Positions 43,167 to 53,337 are shown, counted from the first letter of the stretch. The stretch is 64,000 nucleotides of DNA from Verrucomicrobiota bacterium (GCA_039815375.1 JBCBZJ010000016.1:13913-77912), one strand, 5' to 3'. Numbers and translations: made by a program. The notes: generated from the sequence alone by a model not told the origin.

Positions 43167-44513
43167 TTATTGGGCTGCTTCGATCGCTTCGATGTAGCGT
43201 TTCAAACCGGCACTCGGTTTCAACGAATCGGCCTCCCGCAGAAACTCGAGAGCGTTCTTGAAATCGCCTTTGTCGACCTCGAGACGACCAAGCGCCACCA
43301 GCGCTTCATGCTTTTTGTCCGGCACCGACAGAGCACGTTGCAAATAGAACTCAGCCTCGGGGAAAGCTTTGCCCCGACGGAACGCCTCCGCCAGCAGAAG
43401 GAGAGCTTCACCGTTTAAAGGAGAGGACTTCACGATAGGCTCTAGCGCAAAGATTGCGGCTTTGCCATCACCCTGCTCAAGTTTAAGGCCGGCTTTTGCT
43501 ACAGAAAGTTGAATCTCCGCGTCATCTTCGAGATCAACGGGAAGCACAGCTTCAAGAGTCGCAAGATATCGCTCAGCCTCTGGAAAAAGCCCACGGCTTA
43601 CGAGGAATTCCAGTGGACGTAGCGATTGATCCATGCCCTCGAAGCCATGAATACGCAATGAAGTCTCATAAGCTTCAAGTGCAAGGAAGTGGTTGTCTTC
43701 GCGCAGGTGAACATTGCCAAGAAGCTGCAACGCATTACGGCTGGCATCCCCCCGGCCACGCAACACCTCGAGATTGGCGATAGCGTCCTCATAACGTTCC
43801 TGCTCAAGATAGGCATTTGCCTGGAGAAGCCAGAGGTCGGTGCTCTGCGGACGCTCTGCAATCAACTCATCGAAAAGTCCGATCGCCTCATCACCGCGAT
43901 TCATTGCCAACAGGGACTGCGCTTGTCCCTGTTTGAAGTCCATGCTGTCCGGCTTAAAGATACGAGCCTTCTCATAAGCACTGAGCGCACTTTGATACTT
44001 CTCTCCTATAAGGTAAGCGTAGGCCAGTAACCCGTAACTTTGAGCGTCGCCACCGCCCAGGGCGATCACCTTAAGCCAAGTATCAATCGAAGCTTCGAAA
44101 CGGTCGGTTTGTACCAGAATAAAACCGAGTGTGCGGTGCGCACGGCGGAAGTCCGGGAACTTCCTGATGGCAGTGCGAAGGGCCTTCTCCGAGCGATCCA
44201 GCTGATCGAGCTGGTAGTAAAGATTGCCTAAGAGAAAATCGAAGGCGGCGGTCGAGTCTGTCTTCAGCCCCGCCTCAAGCTCGCGGGCAGCACCCGCGGG
44301 ATCATTCTGTAAAAAGGGCTCGATCTTCTCATAGAGCGGCCGATCCTCCTGCGTTACCTCCGGCTCGATCTTGGAATTTATTCCGTAGCTTCCAAGAAAT
44401 CGGGCGCGGAAGTCGGGTGCAGCAGGACCGGAGTCGGTCAGTGTAAACGATTGCACCTGCCCCAAAGTCAGGAGGAACAGAGACGAAATGCTAAGTAAGT
44501 ATTTGGGTTTCAT
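43167..44513 (-). CDS. Periplasmic TPR protein (TtpD-like)
   Basis: Signal peptide, multiple TPRs, last gene of the TonB cluster. Confidence 0.8.
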   Translation of the reverse strand: MKPKYLLSISSLFLLTLGQVQSFTLTDSGPAAPDFRARFLGSYGINSKIEPEVTQEDRPLYEKIEPFLQNDPAGAARELEAGLKTDSTAAFDFLLGNLYYQLDQLDRSEKALRTAIRKFPDFRRAHRTLGFILVQTDRFEASIDTWLKVIALGGGDAQSYGLLAYAYLIGEKYQSALSAYEKARIFKPDSMDFKQGQAQSLLAMNRGDEAIGLFDELIAERPQSTDLWLLQANAYLEQERYEDAIANLEVLRGRGDASRNALQLLGNVHLREDNHFLALEAYETSLRIHGFEGMDQSLRPLEFLVSRGLFPEAERYLATLEAVLPVDLEDDAEIQLSVAKAGLKLEQGDGKAAIFALEPIVKSSPLNGEALLLLAEAFRRGKAFPEAEFYLQRALSVPDKKHEALVALGRLEVDKGDFKNALEFLREADSLKPSAGLKRYIEAIEAAQ

Positions 44514-44545
44514 ATCAAGGAGTCTGCGAGCGTTCTTCTTCCGAT

Positions 44546-45205
44546 CTATTCGCTGTTCAAAGTAAGCGGAAAGGTGCCACGCACCCGGACGTATCGGCCT
44601 TCGATTTTCTGGAGCTTAAACCGCGCACCCTCTACAATCCGCTTTGCGCTGGGAATAAATTCGTCATGAGTGGCCGACTCGATCCGGACAAACTCGGCAC
44701 GTCCGTTCGGAAGAATATCGATCACCACGAGCACCTTGCCCTGCTTGATACCGCGACGCAAAAGCGAGGGGGGAAAGCGGAAACTCGGCCGATTCATCAA
44801 ACTCGGTGCTTCCGGCAGATCATCAAAGGTAAACATGCGCTCGATTTCCTGTGCAACCTCCTGCATCACGAGATCAGGAGAAGGCACACCGATCGCAATC
44901 GCATCTCCAGTGCCGGCATTCAAATCGATATCCAGCGCGTTGATCGTAATCGGTGGCGGAACCTGCACTAACTCGGGCGGTGGTGGCTCCGGGAGCGGTT
45001 CGCTATCGTCCGGTGGTGGAGGTGGTACATTCGGAGGTGGCGGCGCCAGCACAACTTCACGGATGAGCAAATCGACTTTCTTCACCGGATCCAGTATCTG
45101 CGTCAGCGGAATAAGTAGAAACAGTAGTACGGAAACAATAGCCGCACCAAGGACCACCAAAATCGGCGTTCCTTTCCATCGGCTGTTCGGGAAACTTGTT
45201 TCCAT
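44546..45205 (-). CDS. tonB: Energy transducer TonB
   Basis: N-terminal TM, poly-Pro linker, C-terminal G.V.V...I...G..F domain. Confidence 0.85.
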   Translation of the reverse strand: METSFPNSRWKGTPILVVLGAAIVSVLLFLLIPLTQILDPVKKVDLLIREVVLAPPPPNVPPPPPDDSEPLPEPPPPELVQVPPPITINALDIDLNAGTGDAIAIGVPSPDLVMQEVAQEIERMFTFDDLPEAPSLMNRPSFRFPPSLLRRGIKQGKVLVVIDILPNGRAEFVRIESATHDEFIPSAKRIVEGARFKLQKIEGRYVRVRGTFPLTLNSE

Positions 45206-45216
45206 TTGTCCGGGAG

Positions 45217-45630
45217 CTAGCGCGCGAGCTCCGAAGCAAGGTTAATACGAGTGGCACCGGCCAGAGAGGCCTCGTCATGAACACGGGTGTAGAGTTCAAT
45301 TGAAGACTTCTTGTCAGCCTGGATAATGACAGGCATTTCCTCGTCGTCTTTCAGAAGGCGACGCACAATGCCGCGCACCCCGCGCACCCCGATCTCATTG
45401 CCTCCGTAGACCACACGACTATCTTCGGTGATCGCGATGAGGATCGACTCTTTTTCGAGATCGTCTGCGGACGCCGCTTCGGGCCGCTTCACCTCAACGC
45501 CGGTCTCTTCGACGAAGACCGTCGTAACAATGAAGAAAATTAGCAGAATGAACACGATGTCGATCAACGGAGAGACATTGATCTCTTCGCTCTTTGACGT
45601 GTTGGAGTAAAGTAGGCGTCGTTGTTTCAT
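45217..45630 (-). CDS. exbD: Biopolymer transport protein ExbD
   Basis: [19 protein letters not shown] and VIIQADK. Confidence 0.95.
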   Translation of the reverse strand: MKQRRLLYSNTSKSEEINVSPLIDIVFILLIFFIVTTVFVEETGVEVKRPEAASADDLEKESILIAITEDSRVVYGGNEIGVRGVRGIVRRLLKDDEEMPVIIQADKKSSIELYTRVHDEASLAGATRINLASELAR

Positions 45631-45780
45631 TCCCTCATATCTTTTTGAATCGTTGATTCACTTTATCTGCGTTCATTTTTTGAAAATGGAAGTGGCTCGG
45701 ATTCGGTTCAGGAAAATACCTTTCAAAGCTAGCATTTTTAACGTTTCTACTCATCACACTTTTTCATCTATCAACGCAAA

Positions 45781-46425
45781 TTAGCGGTTTAAATCTCCGA
45801 CTTCCGTTCCTTTAGGCATCCGGCCATTCGACCGAATCACCAAGCGGGTATTAAAACGCTCCAGTCGTGCGATGCAGTGAAACAGCGTATTGCGACGCTG
45901 AATAACCAGAGAGAGCAGGACCATCGCGGGAACCGAAATAACCAGCCCTGTCTGTGTCGTAATCAGTGCTTCGGAGATACCCATGACAATACCGTCGAAA
46001 CGACTCCCCAGCTGCTCGACCATTCCGTTGAAGGTAGAGAGCATGCCGGTAACAGTTCCCAACAAACCCAGAAGCGGTCCAGTCGTTATGATGATCGCTA
46101 GAAAACGAATGCGCCGGTCAATTGGCGGCAGGTATTCGTTACGCACTTCGGTAAAGTGCCGCTTCACCTCCTCAGAATCACGCGCCTGGAAACTCACCAG
46201 ACAACGCAAAGGCGATAGCTCTTTATCCAATCGGCCTGCGATCTCTCCCGAGCCGAGCTTGTGAACGCGAGAGCGCACGAGAAAGTGGAAGTGCACCCGG
46301 CAGAAGAGATCCAACGCAGTTGCATAGATGAAGAACGTCAAAACCAGAAGAGGTAACATCAACCAGCCACCACTCGTCCATATGCTGAGCGCCTGATCAA
46401 TAAGACTGTCGTTTTTCGTAAGCAT
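45781..46425 (-). CDS. exbB: MotA/TolQ/ExbB proton channel protein
   Basis: PLLGLLGTVTGM and GISEALITTQTGL. Confidence 0.9.
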   Translation of the reverse strand: MLTKNDSLIDQALSIWTSGGWLMLPLLVLTFFIYATALDLFCRVHFHFLVRSRVHKLGSGEIAGRLDKELSPLRCLVSFQARDSEEVKRHFTEVRNEYLPPIDRRIRFLAIIITTGPLLGLLGTVTGMLSTFNGMVEQLGSRFDGIVMGISEALITTQTGLVISVPAMVLLSLVIQRRNTLFHCIARLERFNTRLVIRSNGRMPKGTEVGDLNR

Positions 46426-46548
46426 TCGTTATCTAACGCACCGTAAGTTAACGTTGATTTCTAGTATTGAGATCGACCCAAAGCAAATCTTCCAACGCTT
46501 CCCGTATCATCTGAAAATTGATTCACTTAAATTAACGGTTCAAAAAAA

Positions 46549-47943
46549 TCACTTCGCGGTTCGTGAAAGTCCGTTGACGAAGGTGACGGCTGACTTCTCG
46601 AGATAGGCCATAACACCGGCAACTTTCCGGGAGAGAATCGCGTGGAGGACAAGAGCGGGAATCGCGAGCACAAGGCCAAGCTCAGTCGTGATGAGCGCTT
46701 CGGAGATACCGGAAATCAGAGGCTTCGGATCGCCCGCACCATAGACCGTCATGAGACGGAAGGTCTTGATAATACCCGTTACGGTGCCGAGCAGCCCCAG
46801 CAGCGGAGCTGCCGCTGCCGTCACCGCAATCACATTGAGAAAGCGTTCCAGGGCCGGCTGAATACCGAGCATCGATTCATACATTACTTCTTCGACCATC
46901 TCGACAGACTCATCCGAGTGATCGACGGCAACCATGAGCATATCACGGGCCGGCTGCGGCTGCGCTGCAGCGATCTTCCTCGCACGCTCAAGACGACCCT
47001 CTCGAATCGCCTTGACGATATCATGGATCACCATCGGCTTCGGGTGGCGAATCGTGAAGACTTGGAACAGCTTCCAGATAGCAACAACCGTCGCAACCAG
47101 TGCAAAGAGTAAAATCGGATAGACCCAGACCCCGCCTTTCCTGATGTGTTCGACAGGTGTGTCACGAGTTGAGGCCATGGCGATGGCATCCCCGAGTGTG
47201 GGATCGATAGGAAGAACCCCACTTTCGGAAGCAGCTGCCGCCCTGACCTCTTCCGCCATACTTCCAGAGAGTGCGAGAACCTGCGGATCCAAAGCGAGAG
47301 TCTCTTCGACGAGCCCGGCAAGTTCGCTATCGGCACTTGAAAAATAGAGTATCGGGCCGATCTGCAGGAACTGGCCCTGTTCCAGACTGCCTTCCGGTGT
47401 TAACGCCTTACCCGCATAACGCTGCCCACCGAGAAGTGCATCCAAATGTGCCTTCGATTCCTGAAGCAGCGCGAGTCCACGGTCTAATTTTTCCAATTCA
47501 TCCGAAGCCGGATCTTCGAGGAACAGATTATAAGAGCGAATACCCTCCGCGAGTTGGGCGCGCTCGCCGGATGAGAGTGCTGCCTCGTAGTCGGCAATAT
47601 AGTCTGGAAGCAGCGTGCGACGAACGTAATTCACCTGAGCCTCGCGGGCGAATACCCGAGCGCGCAGTGCTTCCAGCTCAACTGTGCGGCTATCGCGCAG
47701 TCGCTGTACCTGCTCTACATCGCTGGCCAGCTCTTTGGCTTTTGCCTCTTTTGAGGCAAGATCACGGGCAAGTGGAATCTGCTCTGTTTTAATCTCACTA
47801 CGCAGCTCACTCAAACGGAGCAATGCATCTTCAAGCTTGGCTTCCTGGTCGAGAGCAATTTGTCCTAGAGACTGCCCGTTACTAAAGAGTACCGTGCTCA
47901 TCGAAGTCGCGAGCAAAAGAAAGTTGCGAAGCAAGTTTCTCAT
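46549..47943 (-). CDS. TtpC-like long ExbB-family protein
   Basis: Signal peptide and coiled-coil N-terminus followed by an ExbB domain (APLLGLLGTVTGII; GISEALITTELGL). Confidence 0.88.
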   Translation of the reverse strand: MRNLLRNFLLLATSMSTVLFSNGQSLGQIALDQEAKLEDALLRLSELRSEIKTEQIPLARDLASKEAKAKELASDVEQVQRLRDSRTVELEALRARVFAREAQVNYVRRTLLPDYIADYEAALSSGERAQLAEGIRSYNLFLEDPASDELEKLDRGLALLQESKAHLDALLGGQRYAGKALTPEGSLEQGQFLQIGPILYFSSADSELAGLVEETLALDPQVLALSGSMAEEVRAAAASESGVLPIDPTLGDAIAMASTRDTPVEHIRKGGVWVYPILLFALVATVVAIWKLFQVFTIRHPKPMVIHDIVKAIREGRLERARKIAAAQPQPARDMLMVAVDHSDESVEMVEEVMYESMLGIQPALERFLNVIAVTAAAAPLLGLLGTVTGIIKTFRLMTVYGAGDPKPLISGISEALITTELGLVLAIPALVLHAILSRKVAGVMAYLEKSAVTFVNGLSRTAK

Positions 47944-48716
47944 TCTGCCACCTCCTTATTCGCGATACCATGAACGGGTAGATTGATAAACCTCGGCTCT
48001 GCCAGTTCCCCATCAAGCAGTTGTATGGCCTCAAGTATAGCGCTTCCCAACTCCGGTTGAGACTCCCATTGCCAGCCGGACTCAGTCGGCACACCATAGC
48101 CTGCATCATTTGGAGCCAGATAGTAGGCCTGCCCTAGCCCAATATAGAGAGTCCGGACAGACGCCTCGCTTCCGTCGCCGGGCAAATCACGAATTGATTC
48201 CGACAGGTGTAGGGCACTGTCGAACTGACGGATACGCCCCATCATACTGACCACGGTACGCATGCGTTCGCCGATGTTTAGCTCCTTGTCCTCACCATCG
48301 GCTGGTAGTCTCTGGTAAGCCGCCTCCAGATCATCAGCCAGAGGTTCCGGAAGCTGCGACTGCAACTTGTGCAAATCGGATTCAATACCGGCTAAAAAGG
48401 CCTCGATGCGCCTCGACTTCGCCAGGGCAAGATCCTCACGCGCTAACAAATCCGCTCGCTCATCATCTGCTGCAGTCACCCCTGCCTCACTCTCAGTCAG
48501 CTCTTCTTCGAGTCGCTCAATCCTCTGTGTCTCGACAGTGATGAGATCCTGAAGTAGCTGTTCGCGCTGCACCCAATCGGCTGCTTCGCGGGAAATGGCC
48601 TTCTCCGTCGTAACCCACTCCTTGACCACAGTTCGTGCATTATCGAGCGCTTCCGGCGAGGCCGATAGACTCAACGCAGGAATCAAAAATACTAAAGTTT
48701 TCCAGCTCATAAACAT
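47940..48716 (-). CDS. DUF3450 / TtpB-like protein
   Basis: Coiled coil, ERMR, LYIGLGQAYY..W.W; first gene of the TonB2-type cluster; start reset to ATG 48716 after a GGGAG SD. Confidence 0.8.
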   Translation of the reverse strand: MFMSWKTLVFLIPALSLSASPEALDNARTVVKEWVTTEKAISREAADWVQREQLLQDLITVETQRIERLEEELTESEAGVTAADDERADLLAREDLALAKSRRIEAFLAGIESDLHKLQSQLPEPLADDLEAAYQRLPADGEDKELNIGERMRTVVSMMGRIRQFDSALHLSESIRDLPGDGSEASVRTLYIGLGQAYYLAPNDAGYGVPTESGWQWESQPELGSAILEAIQLLDGELAEPRFINLPVHGIANKEVAE

Positions 48717-48756
48717 AAATACTCCCACTACCTCATGGAGTAGTGGGAGATTGATT

Positions 48757-48773
48757 TCAAGACTCAGTCGCAA
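48757..48773 (-). promoter_or_regulatory. 17-bp palindromic operator copy
   Basis: Minus strand TTGCGACTGAGTCTTGA upstream of the TonB2 operon. Confidence 0.65.
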
Positions 48774-48819
48774 TTAGGTATCCCAACGATGCCAAAGCAA
48801 CAAAAACAGAACTTTCAGC

Positions 48820-51498
48820 TTAAAAAGTAAGCCCCGCAGTCAGATAGAACGTCCGAGGCTCGCCACGCTTGGCGAAAGTGACATCGGTCGTATTCAAAAC
48901 ATAAAAGTGATCCGTGATGTTCTTCACTCCCAAATTGATGTAGAGTTCACCAAAATCTAACTCGGTCGTGTAGGTAATATTCATGTTGTGGATGATGCCC
49001 TGAGCAGGCAGATCGGTTGGCGAGCTTGTAAGCGTCGCACTAATCGGGCCATTGCCGTATCCGTCGTCCATATAATCGATACCGTAACCGAACGTGAAAC
49101 CATCGAGGCCGATACCGTCCAGATCGAAGGAGTTCCAAATCACAAGCTTGTTGTATGGCACACCCAGAAAACGGTCTCCAGGACCCTGAGTGCCGGTTCC
49201 TGCGTCGATCACCTCAGTATCCGTATAGGCATAGCTCAGGTAGATATTCCAGAAGTCATTGATTTGTCCGGTCACATCGACTTCAAGACCCCGGCTGCGC
49301 ACTTCACCCACGAGAACCGAGGCATCCGGATCAATTGGGTCCTGCCCAAGGATGTTCTCCTTCGTCAAATCATAGATTGCAATCGTGCTACTCAACTTTC
49401 CATCAAACCAGGAGGAGCGGAGTCCCAACTCATACTGAGTGCCTTCTTCCGGCTCCGTGATCAGATTATCATTACGATCAATTGCGAGCCCACCTTGTGG
49501 CAGGTAGGACTGCGCGTAGCTTGCATATATGCTGTGATCATCAGTGATGCCATAGACTCCTCCGATCCGTGGCACCCAGGCAGACTCAGACACATCATCA
49601 CGGATCACTCCGGCAGCTCCATCTTGCCCAAAGCTCTCACTCTGACTTGATTTCGACTCAGAGTATCGCAGCCCGGCAAGAATACTTAAATTCAATTCAG
49701 GTATGTTGATCGCATCCTGAAGGTTGATGCCAAACTCCTCGTATTCCAATTTAGTCTGAGTAAATGGCGGTGAGTCCTCGTAATTCGTGAGGTGATCATA
49801 GGCAGGATTATCCGGATCAAAAATATTAACCGCAGGCGGCAATGCGAATAATTGTGCAAACGCGGCAGCCTGCTCAGCCGGCGTGCTGAATGGATTGAGC
49901 AAGACAGGCACAGGCCCAGCGATGGAATTGAAATAGCCCTGATTCTTAATCTTCGTCTTAGAATAGTTCGCGCCGATCAACAATTGATGCTCCATGCCAG
50001 CAAGCTCCTTTTCCCAGATGAAGTGACCGCCGGCATAGCTGGTCTCCGAACCGCGCTGCTGATCAAAGGCAGAACGCGACGAGATACCATTATCGAAATC
50101 TGTCACCGGCTGAAGGCCGGGAATCGGTAAAAATGGTCCGGGAATAGCCAGCCCGGGAGGCGCAATAAGATACCCCGAATTTCCAGCCTCCCGGTTACCT
50201 TTCTTATAGCCTCCCTGGGCGACGAATTTGAGATCATCGGTGATCTCCTGCTCCAGCATGAGCTGAATACCATCACTTTCCTGCTCTTCAAAATCAGTTG
50301 AGAAGCCGTAGTAAGTGCTCTTCGACAGCTCTAACCAGTCATCATTCAAATAGAACACATTGGAGCTGATCGGGTTGCCCTCATGTTCAACACGCTCCGC
50401 GATCAGACGAATGCTGGTCTTCTCAAATGGGTTCCACTGAAACTGTAGTGTGGGCGCGAAATCCTTTGAGTAGTCGTAGTCGACCACACCTTTGGAATCC
50501 TGAACACCCAGAGTGAAACGATAAAAGAAGTTTTCCGTGATGGGCCCTGTAGCATCAAACTCAGCACTATACTTATCATAACTCCCGACTGTTGTTTTGA
50601 TGCTATACTGCTCTTCTGGGAGCGGATCCTTATAAACGAAGTTAATCACCCCTGCTGGCTCACCAGCTCCATAAAAAAGTGAAGCCGCACCTTTAAGCAC
50701 TTCAATACGCTCAAGCGCAGATGTGTGTGCCGGTGGCGCATCAAAGCTCGATACAGGTACTCCATTAACCAGATAGCCCGCGCGGTCTGTCTGTAGACTA
50801 AAGCCACGAATGATATACTGAGTCGCATTAGAGCTATGTGAGTGCGAGCGAACAACACTTGCATTCAGAAGAATCGCATCCTCCAGCCGATCGATCTGCA
50901 GGTCGTCAATAAGGGCTTCATTCACGACACCAATATTGAAAGGCGTCTCTTCGAGTGAAAGATCAATCATTGTTGCAGTGCTCGCATTGGTTTCCGCAAA
51001 GGTAAAGACCTCACGCCCGGCAGTCAGCTCGACCTCCTCCAGTTGGACCTTATCGTCCCACTCCGGTATTTTGCTACCGGTCAGGCTAATAGGCTCTAGC
51101 TCGAAAGTTGCGAGATCGGCATCTGCCTGATCAGCGGTAAGGATCGCAATCGTGCTCTTGCCTGTCTCGCGGTATACAAGTCCTGTATCGCTCAGAAGAA
51201 TTTCAAGCGCCTGAACCGCGGAATACTCGCCGGAAACGCCCACAGAGAAAACTTCCCCCATGCTGCCTCCTGGCATCAGGACCTGAACATCCGAAATTTT
51301 CGAGAACTCCACGAGGGCAGAATCAATACTCTGAGCCTCGATCTCGTATTCGGACGTTGTCTCAGGCAACGCAGATGCAGTTAGAGCGAATACGAGGCTG
51401 AAAGCTAGTATCGCTGGGCTTCGGAATGCCACAAAAAAGTGACTAACCATAAAAAGTCCAAGGTGCGAGACACCCAGGGAAGAAGTTGTTTGTTTCAT
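48820..51498 (-). CDS. TonB-dependent siderophore-type transducer receptor with STN signalling domain
   Basis: YEIEAQSIDSAL..GVSGEYS..ALEILLSDTGL (STN); YIIRGF; LERIEVLKGAAS..GEPAGVIN; C-terminal LTF. Confidence 0.93.
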   Translation of the reverse strand: MKQTTSSLGVSHLGLFMVSHFFVAFRSPAILAFSLVFALTASALPETTSEYEIEAQSIDSALVEFSKISDVQVLMPGGSMGEVFSVGVSGEYSAVQALEILLSDTGLVYRETGKSTIAILTADQADADLATFELEPISLTGSKIPEWDDKVQLEEVELTAGREVFTFAETNASTATMIDLSLEETPFNIGVVNEALIDDLQIDRLEDAILLNASVVRSHSHSSNATQYIIRGFSLQTDRAGYLVNGVPVSSFDAPPAHTSALERIEVLKGAASLFYGAGEPAGVINFVYKDPLPEEQYSIKTTVGSYDKYSAEFDATGPITENFFYRFTLGVQDSKGVVDYDYSKDFAPTLQFQWNPFEKTSIRLIAERVEHEGNPISSNVFYLNDDWLELSKSTYYGFSTDFEEQESDGIQLMLEQEITDDLKFVAQGGYKKGNREAGNSGYLIAPPGLAIPGPFLPIPGLQPVTDFDNGISSRSAFDQQRGSETSYAGGHFIWEKELAGMEHQLLIGANYSKTKIKNQGYFNSIAGPVPVLLNPFSTPAEQAAAFAQLFALPPAVNIFDPDNPAYDHLTNYEDSPPFTQTKLEYEEFGINLQDAINIPELNLSILAGLRYSESKSSQSESFGQDGAAGVIRDDVSESAWVPRIGGVYGITDDHSIYASYAQSYLPQGGLAIDRNDNLITEPEEGTQYELGLRSSWFDGKLSSTIAIYDLTKENILGQDPIDPDASVLVGEVRSRGLEVDVTGQINDFWNIYLSYAYTDTEVIDAGTGTQGPGDRFLGVPYNKLVIWNSFDLDGIGLDGFTFGYGIDYMDDGYGNGPISATLTSSPTDLPAQGIIHNMNITYTTELDFGELYINLGVKNITDHFYVLNTTDVTFAKRGEPRTFYLTAGLTF

Positions 51499-51623
51499 AA
51501 GGCTTATGCGTTTCGAAGTCAGAAGACTTCAAACCCTGAAACGTCGCCGCCCCAAAAATCCGCCATTCAAGAAAGCATTTTTTTGAAACTTTGTCCCAAT
51601 CCCGATCCAGCTGCCAAATGCGA

Positions 51624-52610
51624 TCAAAAACCAGCCGTCGTCTTGGGTGCGATCACGATCTCTTCATCCGAAACAATCGTGACCGAAACCGGGAGAGCGG
51701 TCCTGATGGCGCTAAAAAACTCATCAAGCTTGCCGGCACGAAAAACTCCCGAAATCAGCGTTTCCCGGAGCGACTCTGTCCGAACTGTAATCCGCTGTTC
51801 AACGTAGCGCTCCATTTCCCGCACGACTTCGGCCAGAGGAAGATCCTGGAAGACAAGTTCTCCCCGGCGCCATGAGCCAAAAGAAGCGAGATCGAAGCTT
51901 TCAACCCTGGCCAGTGTCCCATCGATCTGGATCGCACTTTTTTGCCCAGCAGTCAGTAGTTGGCTTTGATCCGAGTGCGTCGCAGAGCGCATACTCACTT
52001 TACCTTTTTCGACAAAAAGCTCGGTACCATCGATCCGGCTTTGCACTTCGAAGCGTGTACCTAGCACACGAATCAGGCCATCGCCTGTTTCCACTTTGAA
52101 CGGCCGGTCCGGGTCAGTGAAGACATCAAATACAGCACGCCCCCTAATAAACTGAACGAATCTCTCCTCCTCATTCAACGTAACAGCGAGGCGAGAATCC
52201 GTATCGAGCATTATAAGCGAACCGTCCCGAAGCGTGAACTCTTTGACTTCACCACGAGCACTTGAAAATTCAAAGTGCTGTTCGCGAGGTTTCAGTATTA
52301 GTAAAATTAGACATGCGATAGCGAGACAGGCCGCAACTGCCGTAATTACCTTTGAGTAACGGAAACGTAGAGCTGATCTCTCGACTTCAGACTCAGCAAG
52401 TTTTCCAACCAGCGCGTAGGTCGATTCTATTTTTGCATACTCTGCACGATGCACAGGATCCGCTGCCAGCCATTCCTCAAACGCCGAAACTTCATCGAGG
52501 GGTAATCCTCCGTCGCGCTTATGACGCGCAAACCACTGAGCGGCCATCGAAACCTCTTCGAATTCGTCAGGGTCCATCTCCTGAGAATGATTCTTTAAAT
52601 TCGTCCGCAT
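51624..52610 (-). CDS. FecR-family anti-sigma / sensor
   Basis: AAQWFAR..FEEWL, TM, L.DGS...LDTDS, VLGTRF and SWRRGELVFQDLPL. Confidence 0.93.
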   Translation of the reverse strand: MRTNLKNHSQEMDPDEFEEVSMAAQWFARHKRDGGLPLDEVSAFEEWLAADPVHRAEYAKIESTYALVGKLAESEVERSALRFRYSKVITAVAACLAIACLILLILKPREQHFEFSSARGEVKEFTLRDGSLIMLDTDSRLAVTLNEEERFVQFIRGRAVFDVFTDPDRPFKVETGDGLIRVLGTRFEVQSRIDGTELFVEKGKVSMRSATHSDQSQLLTAGQKSAIQIDGTLARVESFDLASFGSWRRGELVFQDLPLAEVVREMERYVEQRITVRTESLRETLISGVFRAGKLDEFFSAIRTALPVSVTIVSDEEIVIAPKTTAGF

Positions 52611-52762
52611 TAAAAAACTGGAGGTTTACCCAAAATCTTTCGGAGCCTCTGGTCTATGTAACGCAGCCAGCTAAAAAATCCGCAATTCGTTTTTTGGAAT
52701 AGTCTCGTTTTCGGATCGGCAAATCCAAGTGGGCTCACTTCCCGCCACGCGAGAGCAAGTCT

Positions 52763-53278
52763 TCAGATCAAGTCTGATAAGCTCTGCCGAAGACGGCAGA
52801 GAGCCTTGGCCAGATGTTTTTCAACAGTGCTCTCGGAGATGCCCAGACGTTCTGCAATCTCCCGTTGCCGAAGGCCGTGGAACCGTTTAAGGACCAGGAC
52901 CTTGCGACACTTTGGCGGCAAACCATCCAAAGCGGCACGGACTTGATCCTGGATATCCTGCGCACTGAGGCAGTCTGATGGCGAAGGTTGCGAGTCAAGA
53001 ATGCGTTCTTCACTGGAAAGATCAGTTGGAAGGACTTGAAAGGCTCTGCTTTCACGACGCCAATGATCCCGGATCAAATTGATCAAGATTTGATATAAAT
53101 AGGCACGTGGCTGTTCCACACAGTCCAGATCATGACGCTTGAGGGCCCGCGCAAAGGTATCCTGCACGATATCCTCAGCCACTCGGCCACAACTGATTCG
53201 CTTCCGCGCATAGGCGTAAAGCTCTTCATAATATCCGCTGATCTGATTGCTCATGAAAAATGAATTAGGCCGTATCAC
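52763..53278 (-). CDS. FecI-like ECF sigma factor
   Basis: AEDIVQDTF, PRAYLY, LPPKCR..EIAERLGISESTVEKHL; upstream of fecR. Start may be MSNQ a few codons in. Confidence 0.93.
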   Translation of the reverse strand: MIRPNSFFMSNQISGYYEELYAYARKRISCGRVAEDIVQDTFARALKRHDLDCVEQPRAYLYQILINLIRDHWRRESRAFQVLPTDLSSEERILDSQPSPSDCLSAQDIQDQVRAALDGLPPKCRKVLVLKRFHGLRQREIAERLGISESTVEKHLAKALCRLRQSLSDLI

Positions 53279-53320
53279 AGAGGCGCCAGGTACTCACTCT
53301 GGAGGAAGGCTATCCTGTAA

Positions 53321-53337
53321 CTGAGATTCAATATCAA
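53321..53337. promoter_or_regulatory. 17-bp palindromic operator copy
   Basis: CTGAGATTCAATATCAA upstream of the FecI-like gene (13/17 match to the palindrome). Confidence 0.6.

Noticed and set aside
46460..46490. TTGAGATCGA half-site upstream of exbB, and CTGAGATTCTG at 33111
   Set aside because: Only about 10/17 match to the palindrome; too weak to call.
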